Part shown: positions 18,721 to 26,949 of the stretch, in pieces | Position numbering within the stretch: the stretch's first letter is position 1 | How the letters are laid out: each line of letters begins with the position of its first letter | Source of the DNA: Candidatus Ratteibacteria bacterium | GTDB lineage: Bacteria > Ratteibacteria > UBA8468 > B48-G9 > DTJG01 | Assembly: GCA_049971295.1 (NCBI GenBank) | Contig: JBMFLH010000014.1 | Span: forward strand, 1 to 30,577 | Length of the DNA: 30,577 nucleotides | Direction: 5' to 3' | The notes under the pieces: generated by a model | What the model was told of the DNA's origin: nothing | What the model saw: the letters and a program-made list of their open reading frames with translations, nothing else | Databases searched by the model: none | Translations under genes and position numbers: made by a program

Positions 18721-18801
18721 ATGGAAAAAACCACTGTAACCATTTGTTTTACCAGAAGAGATAGATTTATTACTGGTATGCAATTGCAGCTGTCCTCCTG
18801 A
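18721..18801 (+). CDS. Putative 26-aa upstream ORF / leader peptide (MEKTTVTICFTRRDRFITGMQLQLSS)
   Basis: ATG 1 nt after the serA stop, preceded by TAAGGT. Its stop abuts the hairpin covering the rny SD. Confidence 0.3.
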   Translation: MEKTTVTICFTRRDRFITGMQLQLSS

Positions 18802-18835
18802 ACCATCCCGGATTTCCCTGATTTACTGTAAGGGG

Positions 18836-20416
18836 GTGGTTGCCATTAATATAAATTCAACACCAATTATCATACCATTATTTATATTCTGGGGAGCCCT
18901 TGCCATTCTCATAGGATACCTGTGGAGAAAGTTTGTTGGAGAAAGAACCATAAAGGCAGCCGAAGAGCGAGCAAGAGAAATTATCAGGGAAGCTGAAAAC
19001 ATCGCGCTAACAAAGAAGAAAGAACTTGATATCCAAACAAAGGAAACACTGTACAGGCTCCGCTCTGAATTTGAAAAAGAAACCAGAAACAAAAGAAAGG
19101 AACTGCAGTTTCTTGAAAGGCGATTGAACCAGAGAGAGATTCTCCTTGAAATAAAGGCAGAACTGATTGAAAAGAGAGTATCTGAAATCGCAACAAAAGA
19201 AGCGAGCCTGGCAGAAAAAGAGCAGCAGATACAGCAAAAAATTATAGAACTGGAAGATAAAATTGAGCAGGAAATCAAAAAGCTTGAAGAAATATCTGGC
19301 ATGACAAGGGAACAGGCAAAAGATACACTTCTAAAGGCAATGGAACAGGAAGCAAGAAATAGTTCCGTGGAGATTATCCGCAGAATAGAAGAAGAGGCAA
19401 AGGAAATAGGTAATAAAAAAGCAAGAGAAATTTTGCTTGCGGCAATGCAAAGAATTGCTTCAGAAGCAGCAACAGAAAGTACTGTTTCTGTGGTCAGTTT
19501 GCCAAATGACGAAATCAAGGGAAGAATAATAGGACGTGAAGGAAGAAACATTCGCGCCTTTGAAGCAGCAACAGGAGTTGATTTGATTGTTGATGATACA
19601 CCCCAGGCGATTACGATTTCTTCCTTTAACATCTATAGAAGAGAAATTGCGAGAATCGCCCTTGAGAAATTGATTGCTGATGGAAGAATACACCCTGGAA
19701 GAATTGAGGAAGTTGTTCAGAAGACAATTCAGGAGATGGAAGAAAAGCTTATTGAGGATGGCAGAAATGTTGCCTTTGACCTTGGAATTGAAAATCTTAA
19801 CCCTGAGATAGTGAAATTGCTTGGCAGATTAAGATACAGGACAAGTTTTGGCCAGAATGTTCTTCAACACGCAAAGGAGTCAGCGTATCTTGCAGGAATG
19901 ATTGCTGCTGAGATTGGACTCAACCCTAAAATTGCAAGGCGAGCTGCCCTGCTTCATGATATTGGCAAAGCCCTTGACCAGGAAGTTGAAGGCAGTCACC
20001 CTGACATTGGCGCAGACATTTTGAAAAGAGCTGGAGAACCAGAAGAAGTCGTTGATGCTGCATTGAGCCATCATAAAGACCTTGATATTGCTTCTCCATA
20101 CACTGTCATCGTTCAGATTGCAGACGCGTTGTCAGCCACCAGGCCAGGAGCAAGACGGGATACTCTTGAAAGTTATCTGCGTCGCGTTGAGGAACTTGAA
20201 AAAATTGGTTCTTCTTTCAAAGGGGTTGATCAGGCATACGCAATATCTGCTGGAAGAGAAATCAGGGTGATTGTAAAACCAGATGAGATTTCTGATCAGC
20301 AGGCGATGCTTCTGGCAAGGGACATTGCCAGAAAAATAGAGGAGGACCTGAAATATATTGGCCAGGTCAAGGTGACTGTAATCAGGGAAAAAAGGGAAAC
20401 AGAGTTTGCAAGATAA
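18836..20416 (+). CDS. rny: Ribonuclease Y (start uncertain: GTG 18836 or ATT 18845)
   Basis: N-terminal TM helix, coiled coil, KH domain KGRIIGREGRNIR, HD domain LLHDIGK, ADALSATRPGAR, AGREIRV. Confidence 0.97.
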   Translation: MVAININSTPIIIPLFIFWGALAILIGYLWRKFVGERTIKAAEERAREIIREAENIALTKKKELDIQTKETLYRLRSEFEKETRNKRKELQFLERRLNQREILLEIKAELIEKRVSEIATKEASLAEKEQQIQQKIIELEDKIEQEIKKLEEISGMTREQAKDTLLKAMEQEARNSSVEIIRRIEEEAKEIGNKKAREILLAAMQRIASEAATESTVSVVSLPNDEIKGRIIGREGRNIRAFEAATGVDLIVDDTPQAITISSFNIYRREIARIALEKLIADGRIHPGRIEEVVQKTIQEMEEKLIEDGRNVAFDLGIENLNPEIVKLLGRLRYRTSFGQNVLQHAKESAYLAGMIAAEIGLNPKIARRAALLHDIGKALDQEVEGSHPDIGADILKRAGEPEEVVDAALSHHKDLDIASPYTVIVQIADALSATRPGARRDTLESYLRRVEELEKIGSSFKGVDQAYAISAGREIRVIVKPDEISDQQAMLLARDIARKIEEDLKYIGQVKVTVIREKRETEFAR

Positions 20417-20466
20417 TAGCGACAGATTAAAAAAGGAAGGGGCATAGATCATTGTCCCGGTAAAAA

Positions 20467-21531
20467 ATGTGGAATATCATTTATGCAGGTGTGTTTCTGG
20501 TTTCTTTGTGCTTTTCCCTGTTGCTTGTTCCTGTCGTAAGAAGATTTGCTCTCGCATTTAATGTTATTGACCAGCCGTCTTCAAGAAAAATCCACCTGTT
20601 TCCGACCCCGCTTTCAGGCGGTATTGCAATATATCTTTCCCTCCTTGCAACGGTGATGGTGGGATTGATTGCAAAGGAAGCGCTTCCAGAAGGTATTTTC
20701 AGCCATAGCGCAGGAATCATGCATGTTTTACCAAAATTGACTATATTTCTTGCCACATCAGCAGTGGTTGTTGTTTTTGGATTTCTTGATGACATGTACC
20801 ATCTCATGCCTATGGTGAAGTTAGGTTTCCAGATTATCTGCGGAATTATAACATTTCTTGCAGGAATCAGAATTTCTTTCTTCGCGCATTATCTGTGGGT
20901 GCAGGTGATTTTTACAATCGGCTGGATCGTGGTGTGCATGAACAGTTTTAATCTCCTTGATCATACAAATGGTCTTGCTTCAGGGGTGGCATGTATTGCC
21001 GGTGGTATATTTTTCTTTTACGCTGTCTCCAATGGCCAGCTATTTATTTCAACACTCCTTGCCTGTTTTATTGGCGCTGTGTTAGGGTTTATGCCGTATA
21101 ATTTTCCAAAGGCAAAAATTTTTCTGGGTGAATGCGGAAGTAGTTTTCTTGGATATTTTCTTGCATGTCTCGGGATGATGGGAACTTACTATCGTTATGG
21201 ACCTCATCAAAGCATGTTTCCTGCATTGAGTCCGGTGTTGATTTTCTCTGTGCCATTTTTTGACACATTGAGTGTGATTTATCTCAGGATAAAAAATCGA
21301 AAACCAGTTTTCCAGGCAGACAAAAACCACATTTATCATAGACTAGTGAATCTTGGTATGAATCAGGTTCAGGCAGTGATTTACTGCTATTTGCTCACAT
21401 TTGCCACTGGACTTGGAGCGCTTCTGCTGAATCGGCTTGACATAATAGGTGGCATGATTGTTTTCTCTCAAGCAGTATTGATTCTGATATGCGCAGCGAT
21501 GCTTGAAAGCACAGGAAGGAAAAATGGCTGA
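20467..21531 (+). CDS. Undecaprenyl-phosphate N-acetylhexosamine-1-phosphate transferase, MraY/WecA/TagO family (divergent)
   Basis: DQPSSRKIH, TPLSGG, GFLDD, YNFPKAKIFLG, PFFDT, ADKNHIYHRL; many TM helices. Confidence 0.88.
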   Translation: MWNIIYAGVFLVSLCFSLLLVPVVRRFALAFNVIDQPSSRKIHLFPTPLSGGIAIYLSLLATVMVGLIAKEALPEGIFSHSAGIMHVLPKLTIFLATSAVVVVFGFLDDMYHLMPMVKLGFQIICGIITFLAGIRISFFAHYLWVQVIFTIGWIVVCMNSFNLLDHTNGLASGVACIAGGIFFFYAVSNGQLFISTLLACFIGAVLGFMPYNFPKAKIFLGECGSSFLGYFLACLGMMGTYYRYGPHQSMFPALSPVLIFSVPFFDTLSVIYLRIKNRKPVFQADKNHIYHRLVNLGMNQVQAVIYCYLLTFATGLGALLLNRLDIIGGMIVFSQAVLILICAAMLESTGRKNG

Positions 21532-22216
21532 ACTGATTGTAGGGCTTGATGTTAAGGAAAAAAGTATCCTTGAAAGAATTGTGAATGATCTTGGGGATTC
21601 TGTGATTTACTATAAAATCGGGCCGATTCCTTTTACTTCATTTGGACCTGATGTGGTTCACTGGCTGAAACGTTTAGAAAAAAAGGTGTTTTTTGACCTG
21701 AAGTTTTTTGATATTCCAAATACTGTTGAACTTGCGGTTGAGTGTGCCTGCGATATAGGTATTGATCTTTTAACCGTTCATATACTGGGCGGGGAAAATA
21801 TGCTTGAATCTGCGATAAGGGCAAGGAACAAAATAAATCCAGAAACAAAAATTGTTGGGGTGACAGTTCTGACCTCATTTACAGAAAACGACCTTATTGC
21901 CGCAGGTATCAATGAAACCATGGAAAATCAGATTTTACATCTTGCTGAAACCGGGTACAGATGCGGGCTTGATGGTATAGTATGTTCTCCACAGGACCTG
22001 AAACTATTGAGAAAAAAGTTTCCTGATCGTTTTGTTATGGTGTGCCCTGGCATCAGACCAAAAAGTTCACACGATGACCAGAAAAGAATCGGGACAGCAA
22101 GCCAAGCAGTAAAGTCGGGAGCAGATTATCTTGTTGTTGGAAGACCGATTATTCAAAGCCCAGACCCATTGGAAGTTGTCAGGCAAATAAAAAAGGAAAT
22201 AAGGGAAAATGAGTAG
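21524..22216 (+). CDS. pyrF: Orotidine-5'-phosphate decarboxylase
   Basis: VGLD, DLKFFDIPNTV, TVH, VTVLTS, PGIR, DDQKR, VVGRPI. Confidence 0.95.
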   Translation: MAELIVGLDVKEKSILERIVNDLGDSVIYYKIGPIPFTSFGPDVVHWLKRLEKKVFFDLKFFDIPNTVELAVECACDIGIDLLTVHILGGENMLESAIRARNKINPETKIVGVTVLTSFTENDLIAAGINETMENQILHLAETGYRCGLDGIVCSPQDLKLLRKKFPDRFVMVCPGIRPKSSHDDQKRIGTASQAVKSGADYLVVGRPIIQSPDPLEVVRQIKKEIRENE

Positions 22217-23288
22217 ATTTCTTGAAATAGACCTTGAAGCAATCGCTGGCAATGTAAAAATAATAAAGAAAATCACAGGGAAAAAACTCCTTGCAGTCGT
22301 TAAGTGCAATGGTTATGGAATGGGAGCAATTCCTGTAAGTAGAAAAATTGAAAGAGCTGTTGACTGGTTTGGCGTAGCAACAATAGAGGAAGCAGTATCT
22401 TTAAGAAAAACTGGCATTACAAAACCAATACTTGTTTTGGGTCCTTCACTTGAAACAGATGTAAAAAAGGCGGTAGAGTACCGGATATCACTTACTGCGG
22501 CAAGTTCCACTTTTATAAGGAGCATCATCAATGCAAAGAACATTTCAATTCACTTAAAAGTGGATACTGGCATGGGAAGAATCGGAATTCTGCCAGAGGA
22601 AGTCAGCAGTGTCATGGACATAATTAAGAATTCAAAAGGAATCAAATTAGAAGGAATTTTTTCTCACCTTGCGACCTCTGAAAGAGCGGACAGAAAATTT
22701 GCCATCAAGCAGATTGAGATTTTCAAACAGGTACTTGCAGTAGTGCCGGCAAAATTGCGCGTTATTACACACATTGCAAATTCTGGCGGAATTGTTAATA
22801 TTCCTGAAAGCGTAGAAAATTTTTCAATGGTTAGAACAGGGCTTTTGCTTTATGGCGTATATCCATCGCTTTTTTTAAAAACTTTCAAAGCAATTCCATC
22901 TTTGAAATATGCCCTGAAAGGCATTGCAAAAATTCTGTCAGTCAGAAAAATTCCTGCTGGAACCCGCATCAGTTATGGAGGAACTTTTACCTGTAAACAA
23001 GACACAACAATTGCAATAGCAGGCATTGGTTATGGTGATGGTCTGAACCGTGCGCTTTCAAATAAATTTTACATGAAATACAAAGAAGAACTTTTATCAA
23101 TCAGGGGAAACATCTGTATGGATCAGACAGTTCTGGAAGTAAAAAAAAATATAAAAGAAGCAGGTGAAGTAATTTTTCTTGACAATCAACTTTCTATTGA
23201 ATTGATGGCTGAAATTTGCGGCACAGTTCCGCATGCAATTATGACTGCCTTTGGCGCATCGAGATTAAAAAAGGTGTATCATGGATGA
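22209..23288 (+). CDS. alr: Alanine racemase
   Basis: AVVKCNGYG (PLP lysine), HLKVDTGMGRIG, HIANSGG, ISYG (catalytic tyrosine), GYGDG, ICMDQ. Confidence 0.95.
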   Translation: MSRFLEIDLEAIAGNVKIIKKITGKKLLAVVKCNGYGMGAIPVSRKIERAVDWFGVATIEEAVSLRKTGITKPILVLGPSLETDVKKAVEYRISLTAASSTFIRSIINAKNISIHLKVDTGMGRIGILPEEVSSVMDIIKNSKGIKLEGIFSHLATSERADRKFAIKQIEIFKQVLAVVPAKLRVITHIANSGGIVNIPESVENFSMVRTGLLLYGVYPSLFLKTFKAIPSLKYALKGIAKILSVRKIPAGTRISYGGTFTCKQDTTIAIAGIGYGDGLNRALSNKFYMKYKEELLSIRGNICMDQTVLEVKKNIKEAGEVIFLDNQLSIELMAEICGTVPHAIMTAFGASRLKKVYHG

Positions 23289-24075
23289 AAAAAAATTTAA
23301 TCAGATGATCAAAATGGTGGACGCATACCTTAAGAAATGTCTCGCATTTACATCCAGCCAGGCAAGAAATCTTGAGCAAGCAATGTATTACGCGGTTTTT
23401 CCTGGAGGTAAAAGAATCAGGCCACTTCTTGTTCTATCAGCGGCAAAAATTCTGGATATTCCTTTAAAAAAAATTTTGCCTGCTGCCTGCGGAATTGAAT
23501 TAATTCACAGTTTTTCTCTTGTGCACGATGACCTTCCCTGTATGGATAATGATGATTTCAGAAGGGGAAAACCAAGTTGTCACAAGAAATTTGGCGAGGC
23601 AGAGGCACTTCTTGCGGGAGACGCGCTGTTGTGTCTTGGTATAAGAGAAATTGCAAAATGTGGTAATATAGAAGCAGTAGTCATTACATGCGATGCTCTT
23701 GGTTCAGATGGAATGGCAGGTGGTCAATCTCTTGATATGGCTTATAAAAATAAAAAGATACCTCATAAAATAAAAATCTGGATTGACGGAAAAAAAACAG
23801 GCGAACTTTTCAGATTGTGTTTTGAAATTCCAGCAATCGTTGGGAAAGCCGATAAAGAAGTTGCAAGAAAACTCAGGCAGACAGGAGCGCTTTTTGGAAA
23901 GGCATTTCAAATTCTCGACGATATTCACGATAAAGAAGGAAATGAGAAATGCCTGAAAATACGGCTGAAGAATACTTACCAACGACTTTTGAAACAATTA
24001 GAAAATTTTGGAAGCAGAGCAGATGTTTTGACATCTCTTGTCAGAATGATCCTTGGTGGTTTTGTATCAGATTGA
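23281..24075 (+). CDS. ispA: Short-chain polyprenyl diphosphate synthase (FPP/GGPP synthase)
   Basis: GGKRIRP, FARM HDDLPCMDNDDFRRG, GQSLD, KKTG, SARM FQILDDIHD. Confidence 0.85.
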   Translation: MDEKKFNQMIKMVDAYLKKCLAFTSSQARNLEQAMYYAVFPGGKRIRPLLVLSAAKILDIPLKKILPAACGIELIHSFSLVHDDLPCMDNDDFRRGKPSCHKKFGEAEALLAGDALLCLGIREIAKCGNIEAVVITCDALGSDGMAGGQSLDMAYKNKKIPHKIKIWIDGKKTGELFRLCFEIPAIVGKADKEVARKLRQTGALFGKAFQILDDIHDKEGNEKCLKIRLKNTYQRLLKQLENFGSRADVLTSLVRMILGGFVSD

Positions 24076-24080
24076 AGTTG

Positions 24081-24089
24081 TGCTAAAAT
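24081..24089 (+). promoter_or_regulatory. Extended -10 promoter upstream of the ABC module
   Basis: TGcTAAAAT with TTGTAT 16 nt upstream. SD GGGAGGA at 24114-24120. Confidence 0.45.
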
Positions 24090-24123
24090 AAAACTTAAAT
24101 TTATAAATAAAGCGGGAGGAATT

Positions 24124-24894
24124 ATGGCAATCATAGAGACAAAACAACTGACAAAGTACTATTTTCTTGGAAAGAAAAAGGTTGTCGTGGGACTTGAGAA
24201 GGTTGACCTTCAGGTTGAGCAGGGTGAAATTTTTGGAATTCTTGGGCCGAATGGTTCAGGAAAAACCACCTGTTTGAAACTGTTACTCGGAATTCTTTTT
24301 CCAACATCTGGTGAAGCTCGCATCATGGGTAAGCTTCCTGACGATATTGAGATGAAACAGCATGTTGGATTTCTGCCTGAAAATCCTTATTATTATGATT
24401 ATCTGACCGGTCCAGAATTGCTTCAGTTCTATGCGAGCCTTTTTTCTATAGACTCAGACACCACGAAAAAAAGAATTGAACAATTACTGGAACTTGTGGA
24501 GTTAAAAGATGCAAAACGACTGACATTGAGACATTACTCAAAAGGAATGCTTGAAAGAATAGGACTGGCTGCAAGTTTAATCAATGATCCTGAAATATTG
24601 ATCCTTGATGAACCCACAACAGGTCTTGACCCTATTGGATGCAGGGATACAAGGAATCTTTTATTGAAATTGAAGCAAGAGGGTAAAACCATACTTCTTT
24701 CCAGCCATTTCCTTTCTGAAGTTGAAAGGGTTTGTGACAGAATTGCAATATTCCACAGAGGATACCTTCTTGCAACAGGAACCCTTGATGGCTTGAACAG
24801 GCAGTATCAGGCAGAAAATCTTGAGGACCTTTTTGTTAAAACAATATGTACCTTTGACAATCAGGCCTCTGTTCAAACAGGAGAAACAACATGA
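24124..24894 (+). CDS. ABC transporter ATP-binding protein (ABC-2 exporter type)
   Basis: GPNGSGKTT, LPENPYYY, signature YSKGM, LDEPTTGLDP, SSH. Confidence 0.93.
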   Translation: MAIIETKQLTKYYFLGKKKVVVGLEKVDLQVEQGEIFGILGPNGSGKTTCLKLLLGILFPTSGEARIMGKLPDDIEMKQHVGFLPENPYYYDYLTGPELLQFYASLFSIDSDTTKKRIEQLLELVELKDAKRLTLRHYSKGMLERIGLAASLINDPEILILDEPTTGLDPIGCRDTRNLLLKLKQEGKTILLSSHFLSEVERVCDRIAIFHRGYLLATGTLDGLNRQYQAENLEDLFVKTICTFDNQASVQTGETT

Positions 24895-25655
24895 AAAAAA
24901 TGTGGTTGATTGGACTTAACACCTTCAAGGAATCCATAAGAAAGAAAACCCTTTACATCATACTGATTTTTGCCCTCATCGTAATTGGCGCATCCAAACT
25001 GTTTTCATTTCTCACTGCTGAAGAAGAACTGAAAATGATAAAGGATGTGAGTTTTTCAGCGATTGAATTTTTTGGTGCTTTGATAGCAATCTTTGGAGCT
25101 CTTTATGCGATTTCAGGAGAGATTGAGCGACGCACAATTTACACACTTGTGACAAAACCAATCAGAAGGTCTGACTTTGTGATCGGCAAATTTTTTGGCG
25201 TTTCAATGATTATTTTTGTCAATTTCATCCTTGCCACAGTTTTTTTTATTGGACTTTTGATATTCAAAAAAAGTCCACCAGACTTAGAAGTATTCAAAAC
25301 ATTGCTCCTGATATTTTTTGAACTGATTCTGATTGGCAGTATCACGCTGGCTCTTGGAACATTTACCTCTGATGCCTTCAATATTATCTGCTCATTCTTC
25401 CTTTACATCGTGGGGCATCTCACTTCGTATGGAAAAGAGTTGATAGAGAGAACAGAAAACATTATCGTCAAAGGCCTTGCTGATATGTTGTATACCCTTG
25501 TGCCAAATTATGAAAACTTCAATATCAGAGACAAAATCGTCGTTGGGCTCAATGTTAGCTGGGGATATATTGGACACACAATTCTTTACGGTATTCTTTA
25601 CATGTGTATTGCGCTTTTTATCGCTCTTTACTTTTTTGAAAAAAGGGAAATATGA
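24891..25655 (+). CDS. ABC-2 type transporter permease
   Basis: NTFKESIRKK, EIERRTIYTLVTKPIRR..GKFFG, about six TM helices, FEKREI C-terminus. Confidence 0.88.
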   Translation: MKKMWLIGLNTFKESIRKKTLYIILIFALIVIGASKLFSFLTAEEELKMIKDVSFSAIEFFGALIAIFGALYAISGEIERRTIYTLVTKPIRRSDFVIGKFFGVSMIIFVNFILATVFFIGLLIFKKSPPDLEVFKTLLLIFFELILIGSITLALGTFTSDAFNIICSFFLYIVGHLTSYGKELIERTENIIVKGLADMLYTLVPNYENFNIRDKIVVGLNVSWGYIGHTILYGILYMCIALFIALYFFEKREI

Positions 25656-26341
25656 AAAGAAAAAAAGGATACAGATATTTCCTCGCGATCGTTTTTTGTT
25701 TTATCTGCATACACCTTGTTCAGGTTCAGATTGATTACAGAAAGAAACTGGAAAATCTTGAAAGCGCCCTGGTTCTGATGCCAGGTCAAATGGCTGGTAG
25801 TTTAATTCTTGGAGGATTCAAGGGACTTGCCGCAGACCTGTTGTGGTTGAATATGGAGACTTACTGGCATAGCGGACAACACTATAAAATCCTTCCCTTG
25901 CTTCAGGCAATATCATGGTTGCAGCCAAGTTATATTCTTGTCTGGACAATTGGCGGATGGCATATGGCTTACAATATCTATGCTGAAGTCAAGACCCCTG
26001 AAGAAAAACGATTCTGGTATGAGCAGGGAATACAATTTCTGAAAAAGGGACTTGCTTACCCATTTAATGCAAACAAATACGACATTTATTTTGAGTTGGG
26101 CTGGACTTATTACCACAAGGGCAAGGATTATCCCAATGCAGTGAAATACCTTGAAAAGGCAACAAAATATCCTCATCCTGACTATGTGGACGATGTTCTT
26201 GCACATGCCTATGAGAAAAATGGGCAGATAGACAAGGCAATCAAACAATGGGAATATGTCAGAGACAATTATGTGGCTTTTTACGATATCGCTGTACGCA
26301 TGATCAATGACCTCAAGACAAAAGGCAAAGCAACACCATAA
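25652..26341 (+). CDS. Membrane-anchored TPR-containing protein associated with the ABC transporter
   Basis: N-terminal hydrophobic helix, GGFKGLAADLLW, WHMAYNI, TPR-like FELGWTYY and LAHAYEKNG. ATGA overlap with the permease. Confidence 0.7.
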   Translation: MKRKKGYRYFLAIVFCFICIHLVQVQIDYRKKLENLESALVLMPGQMAGSLILGGFKGLAADLLWLNMETYWHSGQHYKILPLLQAISWLQPSYILVWTIGGWHMAYNIYAEVKTPEEKRFWYEQGIQFLKKGLAYPFNANKYDIYFELGWTYYHKGKDYPNAVKYLEKATKYPHPDYVDDVLAHAYEKNGQIDKAIKQWEYVRDNYVAFYDIAVRMINDLKTKGKATP

Positions 26342-26906
26342 GGCAAACCTGTTTGTGATTTCTGCACCATCAGGAACCGGAAAAACTACCCTTGTAAATC
26401 AGTTAAAAAAACAGTTTGACAATCTTGTTGTTTCCATATCTTATACGACAAGAAGCCCCAGAAAAGATGAAAAGCACGGCATTGACTACTTCTTTATTGA
26501 TGAAAAAGAATTCAAACAAAAAATCTCAGAAGGATTTTTTGCTGAATGGGCGCCTGTATATGACAATTACTATGGAACCTCAAAACAGTTCATTGATAAA
26601 AACCTTGCTGAAAACAAAATAGTGCTACTGACCATTGACACTCAGGGAGCACTTCAAATCAAGAAAATATATCCTGATGCCATCCTGATTGGAATTCTTC
26701 CTCCCTCCATTGAAGAACAAAAAAAACGGCTTGAAAAACGTGGAGAAACAGATGAAAATATCAAGAGAAGATTAATAGAATCTTCAAAGGAAAGAAAAAT
26801 TCTGATTGAAAAATATCAGTATCGTTTTATCAACCGTAATTTAGAAAAAACAGCAGAAAAGATTGCTTCAGTGATAAAAAAATTTGCGGATGATAAGAAA
26901 TGTTAA
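26307..26906 (+). CDS. gmk: Guanylate kinase
   Basis: SAPSGTGKTT, SYTTRSPR, GIDYFF, NYYGT, PPS..RLEKRG. Confidence 0.95.
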   Translation: MTSRQKAKQHHKANLFVISAPSGTGKTTLVNQLKKQFDNLVVSISYTTRSPRKDEKHGIDYFFIDEKEFKQKISEGFFAEWAPVYDNYYGTSKQFIDKNLAENKIVLLTIDTQGALQIKKIYPDAILIGILPPSIEEQKKRLEKRGETDENIKRRLIESSKERKILIEKYQYRFINRNLEKTAEKIASVIKKFADDKKC

Positions 26907-26949
26907 TTATTGCCGATGACAAAATCATGCTTATTTTCAGAAGCCAGAA

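Noticed and set aside
18720..18835. 6S RNA or zapA, which often lie upstream of rny
   Set aside because: Only 116 nt, too short for 6S RNA, and no long rod-like pairing. The resemblance of the uORF start to ZapA is too weak to call.
18823..19632. 269-aa antisense ORF, and the other short overlapping ORFs in the track
   Set aside because: Shadow ORFs of real genes. This one mirrors the Glu/Lys-rich coiled coil of rny and shows no motifs.
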